Virus record (IMG/VR): IMGVR_UViG_3300033066_001296
Span: 15,846 to 79,845 of that record
Direction: 5' to 3' (one strand)
DNA: 64,000 nucleotides
Source: a virus
Taxonomy: Duplodnaviria > Caudoviricetes
Part shown: one piece after another, positions 63,350-64,000 of the stretch
Layout of the letters: the number at the start of each line of letters is the position of its first letter
Numbering within the stretch: the first letter of the stretch is position 1
Notes under the pieces: generated by a model
The model's input: only the letters and a program-made list of their open reading frames with translations
Database searches by the model: none
Told to the model about the DNA's origin: nothing
Program-made: the position numbers and the translations under genes

Positions 63350-63708
63350 GCTACAAGAAGGCAATCGAGGTTCTCGAGGCTCTGCCCGAGGATCAGAAGA
63401 TCATGATCCGTCGTTACTACAACGATCACAATGGGCGGCACTGCGCGATCGGGCACCTTGTCCGAGTGAAGCCCGAACACGAAACAGGAATCCGAATCCT
63501 GCTCGATCCCAGGTGCTACGTCTCCCAAGTGCCGAGCATCAATACGAAGTACATCAAGGATCGTCTCGATGAGCTCGAGATGACCGAAGATGAGGCTGGC
63601 CGACTTCAAGAGTACGTGGACACCGAATCGGAACGCGCGGGTGTTGAGATGGGCAGAACCCTCTTCGATGCGGCGCTCAACTTCATGCGAGAACAGGAGA
63701 GTCTGTAA
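63346..63708 (+). CDS. Hypothetical protein
   Basis: 120 aa, GTGA overlap; HCAIGH motif. Confidence 0.6.
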   Translation: MSYKKAIEVLEALPEDQKIMIRRYYNDHNGRHCAIGHLVRVKPEHETGIRILLDPRCYVSQVPSINTKYIKDRLDELEMTEDEAGRLQEYVDTESERAGVEMGRTLFDAALNFMREQESL

Positions 63709-63944
63709 TGTCGTACAACGTACGTGGTGCATCGGTCGCCGAACAAGTCATGCTCGAACAAGCTGGATTCAGGAAGAGTTCGCTCGAAAGTCTTCCGGTC
63801 GAGCGCTTTCATGGACCGTGGCACCACCCTGAGTACCCCGGCAGAATCTTCTCCGTCGAAGAGGCTCTGGCACTCATGGCAAAGCGCCAGCAGAGCTTCC
63901 AGAGCAAGCCGGATGGGATCGGACACACCACCTCAGACTTCTGA
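63708..63944 (+). CDS. Hypothetical protein
   Basis: 78 aa, TAATG overlap. Confidence 0.55.
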   Translation: MSYNVRGASVAEQVMLEQAGFRKSSLESLPVERFHGPWHHPEYPGRIFSVEEALALMAKRQQSFQSKPDGIGHTTSDF

Positions 63945-64000
63945 GAGTGTAATCTCATGGAATCCTACGACTGGCTCGACGAGATCTGCGAGCTTGGCTT

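Noticed and set aside
48647-63732. Long minus-strand ORFs (48647..50779, 55021..55932, 56201..57064, 59035..60360, 61712..63364)
   Set aside because: Antisense shadows of GC3-biased plus-strand genes; no RBS, motifs or coupling

Overview
64 kb segment of a large contractile-tailed (myovirus-like) dsDNA phage, standard genetic code, with no host genes or integrase visible. (1) 1-35.8 kb, mostly minus strand, is the virion morphogenesis module: distal tail proteins, baseplate J/wedge/spike/hub, LysM protein, tape measure, tail chaperones with a -1 frameshift site, tube, sheath, neck, major capsid protein, scaffold and portal. It also holds three free-standing HNH endonucleases, a Dam-like methylase and a RuvC-like resolvase. 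Between portal and scaffold is a tandem array of nine genes sharing an N-terminal ~25-aa basic motif (GL[RK]KxxKxV[RK]GKKGxVxRxYWV[KR]), one fused to a zincin/LPD1-like metallopeptidase. (2) 35.9-46.1 kb: LexA-like DNA-binding domain, probable TerS, a terminase large subunit with three inteins, class II ribonucleotide reductase and a KTSC protein. Two inteins sit back-to-back in the Walker A GK|T site, and the third is followed by Ala instead of a nucleophile. (3) 46.1-48.4 kb has no credible ORF: repeats and palindromes followed by a ~1.3 kb densely base-paired candidate large ncRNA. (4) 48.4-64 kb, plus strand, has small early-type genes, three canonical tRNAs (Thr-UGU, Ile-UAU, Lys-UUU), a tRNA-Arg split by an HNH gene, several D-arm-less or aberrant tRNA-like elements, an FGE-fold protein, a P-loop kinase and a protein with two EAD1-like domains. 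All family assignments come from motif recognition by eye; no database search was run.
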